A stretch of 63,726 nucleotides of DNA, filler included, from Octopus bimaculoides (GCF_001194135.2; 11 parts of 10 records of this genome joined end to end with filler, not necessarily neighbours in it), one strand, 5' to 3'; counted from the first letter of the whole stretch, positions 12,820 to 25,421 are shown. Translations and numbers: made by a program. Notes: generated from the sequence alone by a model not told the origin.

Positions 12820-13306
12820 TTCTGCCACATTTCAGGGAGAAAAACTAGACGTAGTTGATAGCTTCTGCTATTTAGGTGAATAAGTTAGTAGTGTAAGTAC
12901 CTTGAGAGAAAAGTTGAACCTAAGAAGCATCAGTTGTGGTGTGCAAGAGAGACGATTGCGCTGGTATGGTCACGTGGCGAGAATGGATGAGGATAGCTGT
13001 GTGAAAAAGTGCCACAACCTAGCAGTTGAGGGAACCTGTGGAAGAGGCAGACCCAAGAAGACCTGGGATGAGATGGTGAAGCATGACCTCTGAACATTAG
13101 GCCTCACCAAGGCAATGACTTGTGACCGAGACCTTAGGAATATGCTGTGCGTGAGAAGACCAGGCAAGCCAAGTGAGACCAAAATCCAAGGCCTCTGCTA
13201 GGGATGTAGCCAGCCCACTTATGCATACTTTTCCTCCATTGGACACTAAACTCCGCTTGCAAAGACCTGTTGAGGCAAGTGAAATCAAAATCGAAATCGA
13301 ACTAAA
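12820..13306 (+). mobile_element. RTE LINE 3' fragment
   Basis: GEKLDVVDSFCYLG, then LREKLNLRSISCGVQERRLRWYGHVARMDEDSCVKKC...EGTCGRGRPKKTW; internal deletion. Confidence 0.8.
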
Positions 13307-14094
13307 NNNNNNNNNNNNNNNNNNNNNNNNNNNNNNNNNNNNNNNNNNNNNNNNNNNNNNNNNNNNNNNNNNNNNNNNNNNNNNNNNNNNNNNNNNNNNN
13401 NNNNNNNNNNNNNNNNNNNNNNNNNNNNNNNNNNNNNNNNNNNNNNNNNNNNNNNNNNNNNNNNNNNNNNNNNNNNNNNNNNNNNNNNNNNNNNNNNNNN
13501 NNNNNNNNNNNNNNNNNNNNNNNNNNNNNNNNNNNNNNNNNNNNNNNNNNNNNNNNNNNNNNNNNNNNNNNNNNNNNNNNNNNNNNNNNNNNNNNNNNNN
13601 NNNNNNNNNNNNNNNNNNNNNNNNNNNNNNNNNNNNNNNNNNNNNNNNNNNNNNNNNNNNNNNNNNNNNNNNNNNNNNNNNNNNNNNNNNNNNNNNNNNN
13701 NNNNNNNNNNNNNNNNNNNNNNNNNNNNNNNNNNNNNNNNNNNNNNNNNNNNNNNNNNNNNNNNNNNNNNNNNNNNNNNNNNNNNNNNNNNNNNNNNNNN
13801 NNNNNNNNNNNNNNNNNNNNNNNNNNNNNNNNNNNNNNNNNNNNNNNNNNNNNNNNNNNNNNNNNNNNNNNNNNNNNNNNNNNNNNNNNNNNNNNNNNNN
13901 NNNNNNNNNNNNNNNNNNNNNNNNNNNNNNNNNNNNNNNNNNNNNNNNNNNNNNNNNNNNNNNNNNNNNNNNNNNNNNNNNNNNNNNNNNNNNNNNNNNN
14001 NNNNNNNNNNNNNNNNNNNNNNNNNNNNNNNNNNNNNNNNNNNNNNNNNNNNNNNNNNNNNNNNNNNNNNNNNNNNNNNNNNNNNNNNNNNNNN

Positions 14095-14135
14095 TATGAG
14101 AAGTCATCGTTTTGATAAAGATCATAAACAGCCAA
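14095..14135 (-). CDS. EIF3L: Probable start of EIF3L exon 1, truncated by an assembly gap
   Basis: Lies just upstream of the 13307-14094 gap. One frame reads YQNDDFSY (cf. eIF3L N-terminus SYPADDY); another gives ATGs at 14125 and 14107 (MIFIKTMTSH). The donor site is not visible. Confidence 0.4.
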
Positions 14136-14139
14136 ACTG

Positions 14140-15140
14140 AATGCTTGCTATACCCAGTATTAACGTTTTAATACTACATCACTTTCTTTTAAGTGTTCAT
14201 ATCCATACAAATATCTTCCACCACATAAAGAATCTTTTGTTGATATATTCTAAACAGCGGCATGATCTACGATAAATGGAAATACTCTATTTTACTAAAT
14301 TCCCCGAAATTCCTCATGAGCATTATGGTCACAAAACTATTCACATCGTATTAAGATGCGATATCTGAAGTGAATTGTCAAGTTGTCACGGAAACAAGCC
14401 ACTTTTTCTTTTGGTTTCGCAGAGTCAAAACGAAGGATTACATATAACTGTTTGCTTCATTATCTAAAAATGCAAGGCCTTTACTCAGTGAAAAGAAGCA
14501 GATGTAGGAAATGCTCGACATATGCCGGTAAAATTTTTTTCTTCGCTTGTTTTTATGGCTGCAGGAAATTAAAGCTTAGTGAAGCGAAATAATTTAACTA
14601 TATTCTTATATAAGTGGGAGAAGTTTCATATAAAACAATTGGTAAGAAATTATTGCGTTATTAAAAGGAAACTCCTGACAATTTGAGGTAAATCTGAAAG
14701 GAAGTTCCACCATGTTAATGTAACTGGACACATTGTAAACCATGTGGCGGCAAGATACACGCGACAGAGATCACGAGGATTACAGAATTTTCAGAATAGA
14801 AAGAAAAAAAAAAGATAATTGAAGAAGAATTTCGTAAGATAAAATATTAATAAATATATACCGAAGGTTCGTGGGCATCGTAATTCGAATCACTCCACTG
14901 CATTTTTGTAAAGTAGAATGGATGTTATACCGATGAAAAGACGTTTTCAATCAAAACGAGGCTCAACCTATTTAAAGAATAGACTATTCCTTTAATATCT
15001 AAATCCGAAAGTGTATTCTTCCATTCTTGTATTCCGTTATACGATTACAACGGAATAATCTCAGGAAGAGTAAGCAGAGCGTTTGATATTGTTGTCTGTC
15101 CTCACTTTTTTTAATGTTATTTAAGTAAATAATTTCGACA
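14140..15140. promoter_or_regulatory. Candidate (bidirectional) promoter region
   Basis: Non-repetitive and relatively CpG-containing. Lies between the inferred EIF3L 5' end (minus) and a plus-strand ATG...G|GTAAGT candidate exon at 15140-15212. Confidence 0.4.
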
Positions 15141-15212
15141 TGTCTAATGTACCTCTAGAATTAAGGAAACAACTCTTTAGGTCGCCTAGTGTTGAAGGTG
15201 AAAGAGTGTCTG
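15140..15212 (+). other. Candidate first exon of an unidentified plus-strand transcript
   Basis: ATG at 15140 opens 24 codons (MSNVPLELRKQLFRSPSVEGERVS) ending at a consensus TG|GTAAGT donor at 15213. No recognisable homology. Confidence 0.3.
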
Positions 15213-15713
15213 GTAAGTAGTATTTTCCGCCTTTTCTTGAAATAAATAATTTCTAACTCACGTAATATCAAGATTTATTCGATTGGGACGATTTTATAAT
15301 ATTTGTAATTCGGCATAACTACAGGGTTTTACCCTGTAGTTATGCCTGTAATTCTTCGTTAACTCGAAATATTACATTAGGCAAATGTCTGTTACCAAAT
15401 AATGTAGGAAGACTAACAGCCAAATATCCCTCATTATACTGTAGGATTGAGTGCGGTTTACACTAAATATTTGTAATAGCGCACCTCTCCAAGAAAATGA
15501 AATGCAATTAAAAAAAAGTTATGAAAATGGAAAATATATAGAAGATAAATGATGGATGCCAAAAAATTAGAAAGATTCACCCATTTTTAAATATTTTATA
15601 TTAAAAAAAAAGAAGAAAAAAACCGAAAACGGGCACTTGCGAATATAAACAAGCATGTCGGACGATAAAAGGGGCGATAATTTACTTTTGCCAGCCAGGT
15701 ATTATAAATGAGT

Positions 15714-16092
15714 GGAGGCGCAATGTCCTAGTGGTTAGGGCAGCGGACTTGCGGTCATAGGATCGCGGTTTCGATTACCAGACCGGGCGTTGTGAGTGTT
15801 TATTGAGCGAAAACACCTTAAGCCCCCACGTGGCTCCGGCAGGGGATGGTGGCGAACCCTGCTGTACTCTTTCGCCACAACTTTCACTCTTGCTTCCTGT
15901 TTCTGTTGTGCCTGTAATTCAAAGGGTCAGCCTTGTCACACTGTGTCACGCTGAATATCCCCGAGAACTACGTTAAGGGTACACGTGTCTGTGGAGTGCT
16001 CAGCCACTTGCACGTTAAATTCACGAGCAGGCTGTTCTGTTGATCGGATCAACTGGAACCCTCGACGTCGTAAGCGACGAAGTGCCAACAAT
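15714..16092 (+). mobile_element. tRNA-derived SINE (family C), near full length
   Basis: GGAGGCGCAATGTCCTAGTGGTTAGGGCAGCGG...GGTTTCGATT (A and B boxes), followed by a ~300-bp non-tRNA body. Confidence 0.75.
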
Positions 16093-16204
16093 TATTAATG
16101 ATACNNNNNNNNNNNNNNNNNNNNNNNNNNNNNNNNNNNNNNNNNNNNTTAATTAATTAANNNNNNNNNNNNNNNNNNNNNNNNNNNNNNNNNNNNNNNN
16201 NNNN

Positions 16205-16252
<48 letters not shown>

Positions 16253-17107
16253 AGAGAGAATTAGGAGAGAGAGAATTAGGAGAGAGAGGTGGAGGCTGGT
16301 GCAAAATTGATATGTGGAGAGGTTGTACCTGGCGGTATTTTGACAGATTCGTAGGCAATTAGTTTCCTGTCAAATTAACCTTCATCTCGCCCACAGCATT
16401 GCAATTTACGAAGGAAATGACCTTGGTTCTACTAGATGCTGTGAGTGACAAGACAGGAAGGTAATAGAAAAAAGGATTATTGTTAAAGTAACTTGAAATA
16501 TTTTGAATAAGTTGAATGTTATTAGCCAGTTTGGTTAAATAGAGAGACTATTCACAAATGTTTAAAGCTGTGTACAGTATACAGCTGTAAGGTCTTGTAT
16601 AAACTCTTTTGCTTGCGTAATATTTTCATTCAAGCGCAGTCTTCAACTTGGTGATCTCATTGCAATATATAATGCTGGTTTATATTGTAATGCAGCGAAA
16701 GTCCCTGTCTGAGCTAACTACTGGAGAAAAAATCGATCGTTTTTATACACCTGTGTGGACGAATGTCTTGATATCAATGCATTGGACTGGTTAAAAAGTT
16801 CTCTTCGTAATCAAGAGACACTGGGCTCAAATCTGTTGCATGGCACTTAAAGCAAAAGTCTAAAAATCTAAACTAACACCTGGTGAACTCAAACCTTATG
16901 AGTGACTATGATGTATCTCAAAGGACTTCGATAGATTCTGCAGCAACTCATATCTTAAATAACCAAAGATCAGAGATAACATGAAAGAGCAAAAGAGCAA
17001 AAAAAAAAAAAAAAAGAGCCTAAAAGTACTCTACACAAACTCGACATGTGACAGGTTTAGCATGATAGCCGTAAGTGATGTGGACACAAACCGTCTACGC
17101 ATGCGTG

Positions 17108-17142
<35 letters not shown>

Positions 17143-17275
17143 GCTATCTGTTTTCCTATGTGTTCGTTCCGTGGTCTGTAGTTCATTGTTCTAACGTCCT
17201 GTACCCTGCTATGCATCTATATACACATGTAGATGTATGTACATATATGTGTGTATACATGCATATATATTCTTT

Positions 17276-17353
<78 letters not shown>

Positions 17354-17447
17354 ACAAGCAAATTAGCTAGTTAGAAACTCTCTACAGGAGATGAAAGTAG
17401 TAACTATACCGAGAAGTAATATTTATCGCCAGTTCAACATGGCTGTT

Positions 17448-17547
17448 CCGTAGGGACCGACGTTACTACCATTTTTAACCCCAGGAAGACTTCTCATGTA
17501 GCTGGTTATCCAGGGGTTAAAAACGATAGTAATGTCGGTTCTTACTG
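17448..17547. mobile_element. 100-bp MITE-like foldback
   Basis: ~35-bp imperfect TIRs: CCGTAGGGACCGACGTTACTACCATTTTTAACCCC versus the reverse complement of the right end, CAGTAAGAACCGACATTACTATCGTTTTTAACCCC. Confidence 0.6.
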
Positions 17548-18224
17548 ACCACTACATGTATATATATATATATGACTGATACAGAATTAAACAGCAACAA
17601 CTACAACAACAAGGAAAACAACAATGTCAGAGGTAGGCAGTGACAATAGTAACAACAGCAGCAATACCAACCTATTAATGAGTTATTGCCAATAGAGAAA
17701 GAGCCGGTTTCTAACCTAGATCCAAAGCTCCTTCAACTCTAATTTCAACAACATCAACAGAGTATTTTTGTATGTATATGTACAGATTTATATGTTTTGT
17801 TTTATGTATGTATTCTCATGCATATAGTTGTCTATCTAGACATGCGCATATATACTTAACTGATAAACTTCTGGAGAGTTTTACAAATTGTTACAGTTCC
17901 AGTGATGGCTTGGATCTGTAGTCATCGAATCAGCTTTATGTATGCATGTACGTATGTATTTAGGGATGTATGTATGTATGTATGTATCATGCACTTACTT
18001 TTGTTGTTCAAATTGATAATTTTTTTTACTGTATATTTTGGTTTCGTTTGTGGTATAGCAAACTCACCGCAAAGAGGGTATTGTAGCAAGATCTCGACAG
18101 AGATTCGAACCATAGTTTTCATATTTTCCCAGTCAAGAGTTACAATCTAAATTATTACGATAAGAGGAAAAGAGTTACCATACTCGAATGATATTGATTT
18201 CCAATTTTTGTACAAGTCTTGCAA

Positions 18225-18400
18225 GTTCAGTGGAAGGATAAGTCGATTACCAGTACTCAACTGGTACTTATTCTATTGACCCCGAAAGGATGAAAGGTAA
18301 AGTCTACCTCGGCGGAATTTGAATTCAGAGCGTGCAGACGAGCGAAGTGCCGCTAAGCATTTTGCCCTGCGCGCTAAAGATCATGCTTGTTCACCGCCTG
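18225..18400 (-). mobile_element. SINE with a Nin/Deu-like core
   Basis: CTGGTACTTATTCTATTGACCCCGAAAGGATGAAAGGTAAAGTC.ACCTCGGCGGAATTTGAA, the reverse of the 9700 copy. Confidence 0.6.
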
Positions 18401-18929
18401 ATCTACTCGAATTGTATTAACCAGTCGGCACCAGTTTAACTTATATATGGCTGAAGTAACTACTTGAGAGGAAGTTTTTCTACTAAATTGATTCTAGAAT
18501 CTTCTAGGCCTACAGTTATTTAAAAGTAAGCTACTTTCAACTTAAGGAGGTCTACTTCAAGATTTGTACGGATCGGTCGTTTTTTACCCGGATGTCGACC
18601 TCTTATCTCTCTCGTCTTTTTCTCGTATTCACAGGTCTAAACAAGTTGTATCAATCAACGAATATATTCATTATATGCAGTGATAAATATACCGTATACC
18701 ACTTTCACAATATTAACTTATTCGATGTACATCCGTAACTCAACGAGGTGGGGAAATATAATACTTGGTAACTCATACAAACCTTAATGTGGATATTTTC
18801 AAAGCACACAGCCTCTCAGACGTTGAGAACATTTAAAGAAGGCAGGACTTAAAACCGCACTAAAAATGGACTACCTACCCAACTAATTCAATTTTCAAGG
18901 TTAAATACATTCTGTGTTTTATCTTTTAA

Positions 18930-19271
18930 TTTATTTTCTTTCAGTCATTAGACTGCAGCCATGCTGGGGGCACTGCCCCGAAGAATTTTTAGTCGAATGT
19001 TTCGATCCCAGTACTTATTTATTGTTTCTTTGAAGCCTGGTACTTACTCTATCGATCCCTTTTGCCGAACCGCAAAGTTACGGGGACGTAAACACACCAA
19101 AACCGGTTGTCAAAGGATGGAATTGGACAAAAAAAAAAAAAAGATAGAAACACACACACTCACTCACACACACATGTGTATATATATAAACGACGGGCTT
19201 ATTTCAGTTTCCGTCTACCAAATTCACTCACAAGTTTTTGGTCGGCCGGTGGCTATAGTAGAAGACATTTG
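18930..19271 (-). mobile_element. Family B tRNA-derived SINE, 3' portion
   Basis: Reverse complement of the 62305-62725 copy; its 5' end is lost in the gap. Confidence 0.75.
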
Positions 19272-19908
19272 NNNNNNNNNNNNNNNNNNNNNNNNNNNNN
19301 NNNNNNNNNNNNNNNNNNNNNNNNNNNNNNNNNNNNNNNNNNNNNNNNNNNNNNNNNNNNNNNNNNNNNNNNNNNNNNNNNNNNNNNNNNNNNNNNNNNN
19401 NNNNNNNNNNNNNNNNNNNNNNNNNNNNNNNNNNNNNNNNNNNNNNNNNNNNNNNNNNNNNNNNNNNNNNNNNNNNNNNNNNNNNNNNNNNNNNNNNNNN
19501 NNNNNNNNNNNNNNNNNNNNNNNNNNNNNNNNNNNNNNNNNNNNNNNNNNNNNNNNNNNNNNNNNNNNNNNNNNNNNNNNNNNNNNNNNNNNNNNNNNNN
19601 NNNNNNNNNNNNNNNNNNNNNNNNNNNNNNNNNNNNNNNNNNNNNNNNNNNNNNNNNNNNNNNNNNNNNNNNNNNNNNNNNNNNNNNNNNNNNNNNNNNN
19701 NNNNNNNNNNNNNNNNNNNNNNNNNNNNNNNNNNNNNNNNNNNNNNNNNNNNNNNNNNNNNNNNNNNNNNNNNNNNNNNNNNNNNNNNNNNNNNNNNNNN
19801 NNNNNNNNNNNNNNNNNNNNNNNNNNNNNNNTATGTATATATCTATTTATATATCTCTCTATCTCTCTATCTATTTATTACTGTATTCACTGACGCACAC
19901 ACGTACGT

Positions 19909-19941
<33 letters not shown>

Positions 19942-20038
19942 TATACACATATTTATATAAATATATATTCATAGTTGGCTGACTTGTGTTTTGAGTGTGT
20001 ATGAGTGTATGAGTTGGCTGTATAAATATATAATATAC

Positions 20039-20076
<38 letters not shown>

Positions 20077-20724
20077 AAGCAAATAAGTAACAAGGATGTC
20101 AAGGTATTAGTGCATCACGGCCGTTTCAGGCAGCTCCATTTAATCGATCAATGCAAGCATTATGTCAATTCCATGGATGCATAAGACCATATAGGTTTTC
20201 AATATGCAGGATACCCCATTATAACTTTTCTTTAGCAAATTTTTCATCAGAACTAGAGAATAAAAGAATTACATGTTTATTGCTATTATTGTAGCAGAAT
20301 GGAACTTAGGCAGAAAATACCCCAACTATAATTTGGAGTGGCAGAAGAGAATAACAAAGGGGTTCCTGAGATGGTAGTGTAGCTACATTTATCTATCTCC
20401 TTATCATCATCAAAAGATCTAATGCAGCTAGTATATTAAGAATTAATACCACTGGGAATTGACTGTTAAGTTCTATCTGCTGATGATTAATTAATTAATG
20501 TTAGATACTCTCCCAAACACCTAATTTACTATGGCTATATAAAGAACTAACATAAAGGAACAAATCTCAGTAAACGTCAGTAAGATGGTGGCATATGCCC
20601 AGAAAAGGGGAGGGTAAAGATGACAAACTATTTTATTATTATCAGTTAAAAGGAGCCTAAAATAGAAGAAATAAGACGTCACAATGAGACGTGGAGGAGA
20701 TGATATTACTGTGGGCTCACACTT

Positions 20725-20873
20725 GGCAAGAAATTAAACATTTTTTGGTCTATGACACTACATGGACCCTAAGTAAGGCATGTGTAAAATTTGAATGAAA
20801 TTGGTTGTGTAGTTCTCAAATTTTAGGGATTCACACAGACAAACACACATTCTCATCTTTATATATATATAGA
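20725..20873 (-). mobile_element. Non-autonomous Helitron-like 5' end
   Basis: Minus strand starts TCTATATATATATAAAGATGAGAATGTGTGTTTGTCTGTG...CAACCAATTTCATTCAAATTTTACAC, a typical Helitron-N 5' terminus. Confidence 0.5.
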
Positions 20874-21195
20874 CAATGTAATTCCGTGCCCAAATCAAAG
20901 TCGGATAAGTAATTGCATAAACACATATAGATAAATGAAGAAGTCCAAGCTGATGAGATAACAGTTCACAATAATGCAAAAGGGAACTCCTCAAAATGAA
21001 TCCTAAAATAGATCTTGCTGATGTTTGTCAATTGAATCTCTTCTCTATTCTCTTCCTTGCCTTATATATNNNNNNNNNNNNNNNNNNNNNNNNNNNNNNN
21101 NNNNNNNNNNNNNTTAATTAATTAANNNNNNNNNNNNNNNNNNNNNNNNNNNNNNNNNNNNNNNNNNNNTATATATATATATATATGGGTGTGGG

Positions 21196-21245
<50 letters not shown>

Positions 21246-21406
21246 CATATTTATAGGTATACGGATGCACACGCACAAGCACAGTATGGTATAGATCATA
21301 CAAATCTCTGTCATGATGGAAATATTTACAAATAATTCTTCTATGGTATACAACCATAAAAATTCCTTCGAATAAATTCATATATCGAGAGACAGAGAGA
21401 CGTAGG

Positions 21407-21495
<89 letters not shown>

Positions 21496-22947
21496 CTGAG
21501 ATGCTTCTGTTATAGACATGAATTGAAGTTTCGTGTGAATACCTCTGAGAACTAAGAAAGAGAAAAAAAAGACTAAAAGAAAATGAGATAACACACACAG
21601 ACTATTTAATAGGAAATTCTTGCTGCTATGATAGCAAAGCTCTTCTTTCGTTGAGAAATAGGGCATACGCTAACCATTTGAAATACCCCATTTGACTGGT
21701 GCCTTTTACTGCGCGAATATATATTTTACTTGTATTTTACCAGGAATTCAATGTTGTGGCGAAGCTCTGCGTATTGTGACGTATGTTGTTTTTTATGTCT
21801 TTTTTCTTTTCTCTATTTCTCTCTCTTTCTCTCCCTCCCCCTCTCTCTCTCATGTAATACAAACGGTCATTCACAGACATACGCACGGACATACGACAAA
21901 CACACGCAAATACACACACGCAAACACACATATTCCTTCTAATACATTTTTATCCACCGTCTCTGAGAGGTTGTGGCGTTCAATGCTATTTCTGCTAACA
22001 TAGGCGAAATGTTGCGTAAGTTTGTAATCGAAAACGGATCTGTTTTCTTAACTTACGTGAGTTGATACACTTGTTGTTTAACACCAGGCCAGGACTCATT
22101 ACGGACAACTGTTACGAGGGGTGCTGAAGGGTTCTTAGCTTTGAAGATATCGCTCGTGGAAGGCCTGATAGGAGGCGCAACCTTTCGGGTTCCTTTACAG
22201 GGCTTAGAAAAGGTGAAGGACTGCTGCAATAAGTGCGTGATTTTGAGAGGGGAATATGTTGAATATAATCATAATTAACTGAAAGTCCTGTATTTTCTTT
22301 TACCGAAAGCCAGAAAATTTTCAGCCCCTGTCGTGTCTAAACCATTCCAGAACTGACAATACCATCTCTTTTTCCTTTCAGTTATTTGTCTGTTATTTCG
22401 AACTATATTATCCAATATATCGTCTCATTTGTAAAACGTCTTCATAGTCCTGCATTCAGATATTGGGAATTCAATTGTTTTTTTTAATTTCCTACCTTAA
22501 TTATGTTTGTCCGTTCCTAACTATATGTTCTTCTTCAACGATAGAAGCAATTCTAGCTAAATATTCCAATACCATTATTTTAAATTGCCTAATCAGCATT
22601 ATTTTACATATTCTGAATATAGACAGTTTTGTAAGGAGATAGATAAATCATTATATGTTTTACCTCATATTGTCAGGATATATTTTATCAACTGTAGAAG
22701 AATGAAAGTCAAGTTGACATCATTGGTACTTGAGCTGAAAAAAGAAGACGAAAAGAAAAAGGAAGACTAAACTAGATGCTACAAAACTTTTAGGCCAATA
22801 TTCTTAGAATATTCTTTTCTACTCGAGGCATTCAAAAAACTGAACATTACAGCATCTCATTCTTTGATCCGAAACTCCAGGAATTTCTACTTATAAAAAA
22901 TGTTTACAGGGGCTAGATAGGCATCTCCAACTAGCAAGCCATGCTAC

Positions 22948-22990
22948 TCCAGACTGAAGACGTGCAATGACTCAGAAACTAGTCTCTGGA
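22948..22990 (+). ncRNA. Minimal type-I hammerhead ribozyme motif (Penelope/retrozyme-like)
   Basis: TCCAGA-CTGAAGA-[CGTGCAATGACTCA]-GAAACTAGTC-TCTGGA. Perfect 6-bp stem I, CUGANGA and GAAA cores, palindromic ACUAGU stem III, GUC cleavage triplet. Stem II is degenerate. Confidence 0.7.
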
Positions 22991-25134
22991 TGCTGGCTTA
23001 GCTGCATGGAGGTGCTTATCTCCCCTTTGTAAACATAAAGACTCAGGAAATGTGTCAAGGCCGACGGGAAGCGGTGCTGCTTCCTAGGGCAAAATACCAG
23101 TAGTATTAGTCCCTCTCATGGGACTGTCACATTAGGTTGACAGCATACAACTATTTTATCATATCACTACTGTATAAACTTCTCCGAGAGATTTAGAAAC
23201 GTATTATTTCTATTTTAAAAAATAAAACTATTCTATAAAAATTGATTGCAGAGTCTTGATTGTTTACGTTAGCTAATAGTTTGATTTTAATTCATGTCAT
23301 CAAGTAACCATTTGCAGATCCATTAACATCACAGCTTTACACACTATCTTCGATAATAAAGGGCCTCGTTCTTGTGCAATTGAATCCATCGTGTAGAAAT
23401 CAAACTAAATTCTTGGAGTGTCTTTCTTCACAGCGCTTCAACTTAAGCACCAACGAATTACTATCAGAGGCAGAGAACGGCAACTACGTGGATTTTATGT
23501 CACACGATCCGCAGTGTCCATATTCCAACATTAACGTAAAGCTATAAATGAAGACCAATTTTTATATCGAACGTTGTATCGAAAATTAAGACCACGCTAA
23601 TTAAATCCAATGAAATAACCAATAGCTCACAGCGGGGTTAGGAATAATTTCTGTCTCCATATTACTAAAGCCGTCTAGCAAATATAAAATGTTAACACGC
23701 ATTGTAAAATCAATAAAGGCTAAATATTGGAAACATCTTGCTACTAAAATACTTCACCGTTCTGTTGTAGGAGAGCTTAATTTGACAGATTTCCCCATTA
23801 AATATGTAAACACTGCTGCATAATTGATACTATTTTTGAGTAGCAGCGAGCATTTATTTCTTTTTATTGTATTTTATCTTATTTTATTTTTTATTTATTT
23901 CCTGTCTCTCATTTGTTCGTTTTTAAGAAAGTGATGGTACATCAATCTGAATATGTCAACTTTATCCAGTGAAAAATGAATTTATCTCAATATCCCATGT
24001 TCGTCTTGCTCTAAGATTAAACTTCGACGCCTTCTGGCATTAATCAAGTTGGTTTTGATCTACAGTCACAACGCCCAACCCATTTCTGTTCTTATGAAAT
24101 GTTCTCTTAATACATAATAGTAACACTGACCATGAATTATTTTTGAAAGCACGCAGAATAATATCGGTTATTTACAAATATATTATTCAACGGATAAACA
24201 TCTACGTTTGCGGTTTCTTCAACTTTCCATGCAAGGTGTACTAAGGCTGGATTCTTCTTCTAATTCAAAAGTTAAATACAGTAATGACGAGTTAATTTGT
24301 TCCCGGAAACCACTCGTAAAGCGAAAACTCGTAAAGCAGTGCAATAATGTTCCATAGTAGCAATGTTCAACTATTATTACCTAATAATCTAAAGAAATAT
24401 ATACTTAAAATTAATTTAATTAAACTATAACAACACAACATACATTAAATATTATTATCTATTATCAAAAACAAAATTAAATAATCTACTTTATACTCAG
24501 ATATAATTTAAATATGCATACCATTAAGCACTTATTATTTTTATATTTAAATAATATTTATATATTATACAATATGCAAAAAAAGAAATTAATATATATA
24601 TATCCTAAGTTTTATATATANNNNNNNNNNNNNNNNNNNNNNNNNNNNNNNNNNNNNNNNNNNNTTAATTAATTAANNNNNNNNNNNNNNNNNNNNNNNN
24701 NNNNNNNNNNNNNNNNNNNNAGAGAGAGAGATAAAAAGCACATCACTAAGCAAAATAGATCGTTAACACATTTCATTCATTATGTTCTATATATATAGAT
24801 ATATAGATATATATATATATATATGTGCATGATATATTTTGAGGCAGTGTGCAGTGATGTGTAATATGACTACCGCAGGGGATCACCAAACCCCCACCTC
24901 CGTAGTTAGAAGCTATTTACCGTTGTGAAGTAGAAATGAATGACAACAACATTTCAGAGCCCTGTCTGTCTATTATTGAAAGCATTCACCTCTGTTTCTC
25001 AGTACAGATGCACAGAAATATATGCTTCTGCTTACACAAGTATGTTTACATCCATACATACTTACTAACACACATATACACAAATAAATATAGACAATGC
25101 GTGTATGTATGTGCATATATACATATATATATAC

Positions 25135-25204
<70 letters not shown>

Positions 25205-25340
25205 NNNNNNNNNNNNNNNNNNNNNNNNNNNNNNNNNNNNNNNNNNNNNNNNNNNNNNNNNNNNNNNNNNNNNNNNNNNNNNNNNNNNNNNNNNNNNNNN
25301 NNNNNNNNNNNNNNNNNNNNNNNNNNNNNNNNNNNNNNNN

Positions 25341-25421
<81 letters not shown>

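Noticed and set aside
13097-14135. Long ORFs of 277-342 aa (also 18961-19982, 24936-25513, 43906-44392)
   Set aside because: Length comes from N runs translated as X.
15714-15790. tRNA-like sequences (also 30166-30235 and 62305-62380)
   Set aside because: They have A/B boxes but no complete cloverleaf or acceptor stem, and continue into repeat bodies: SINE heads, not tRNA genes.
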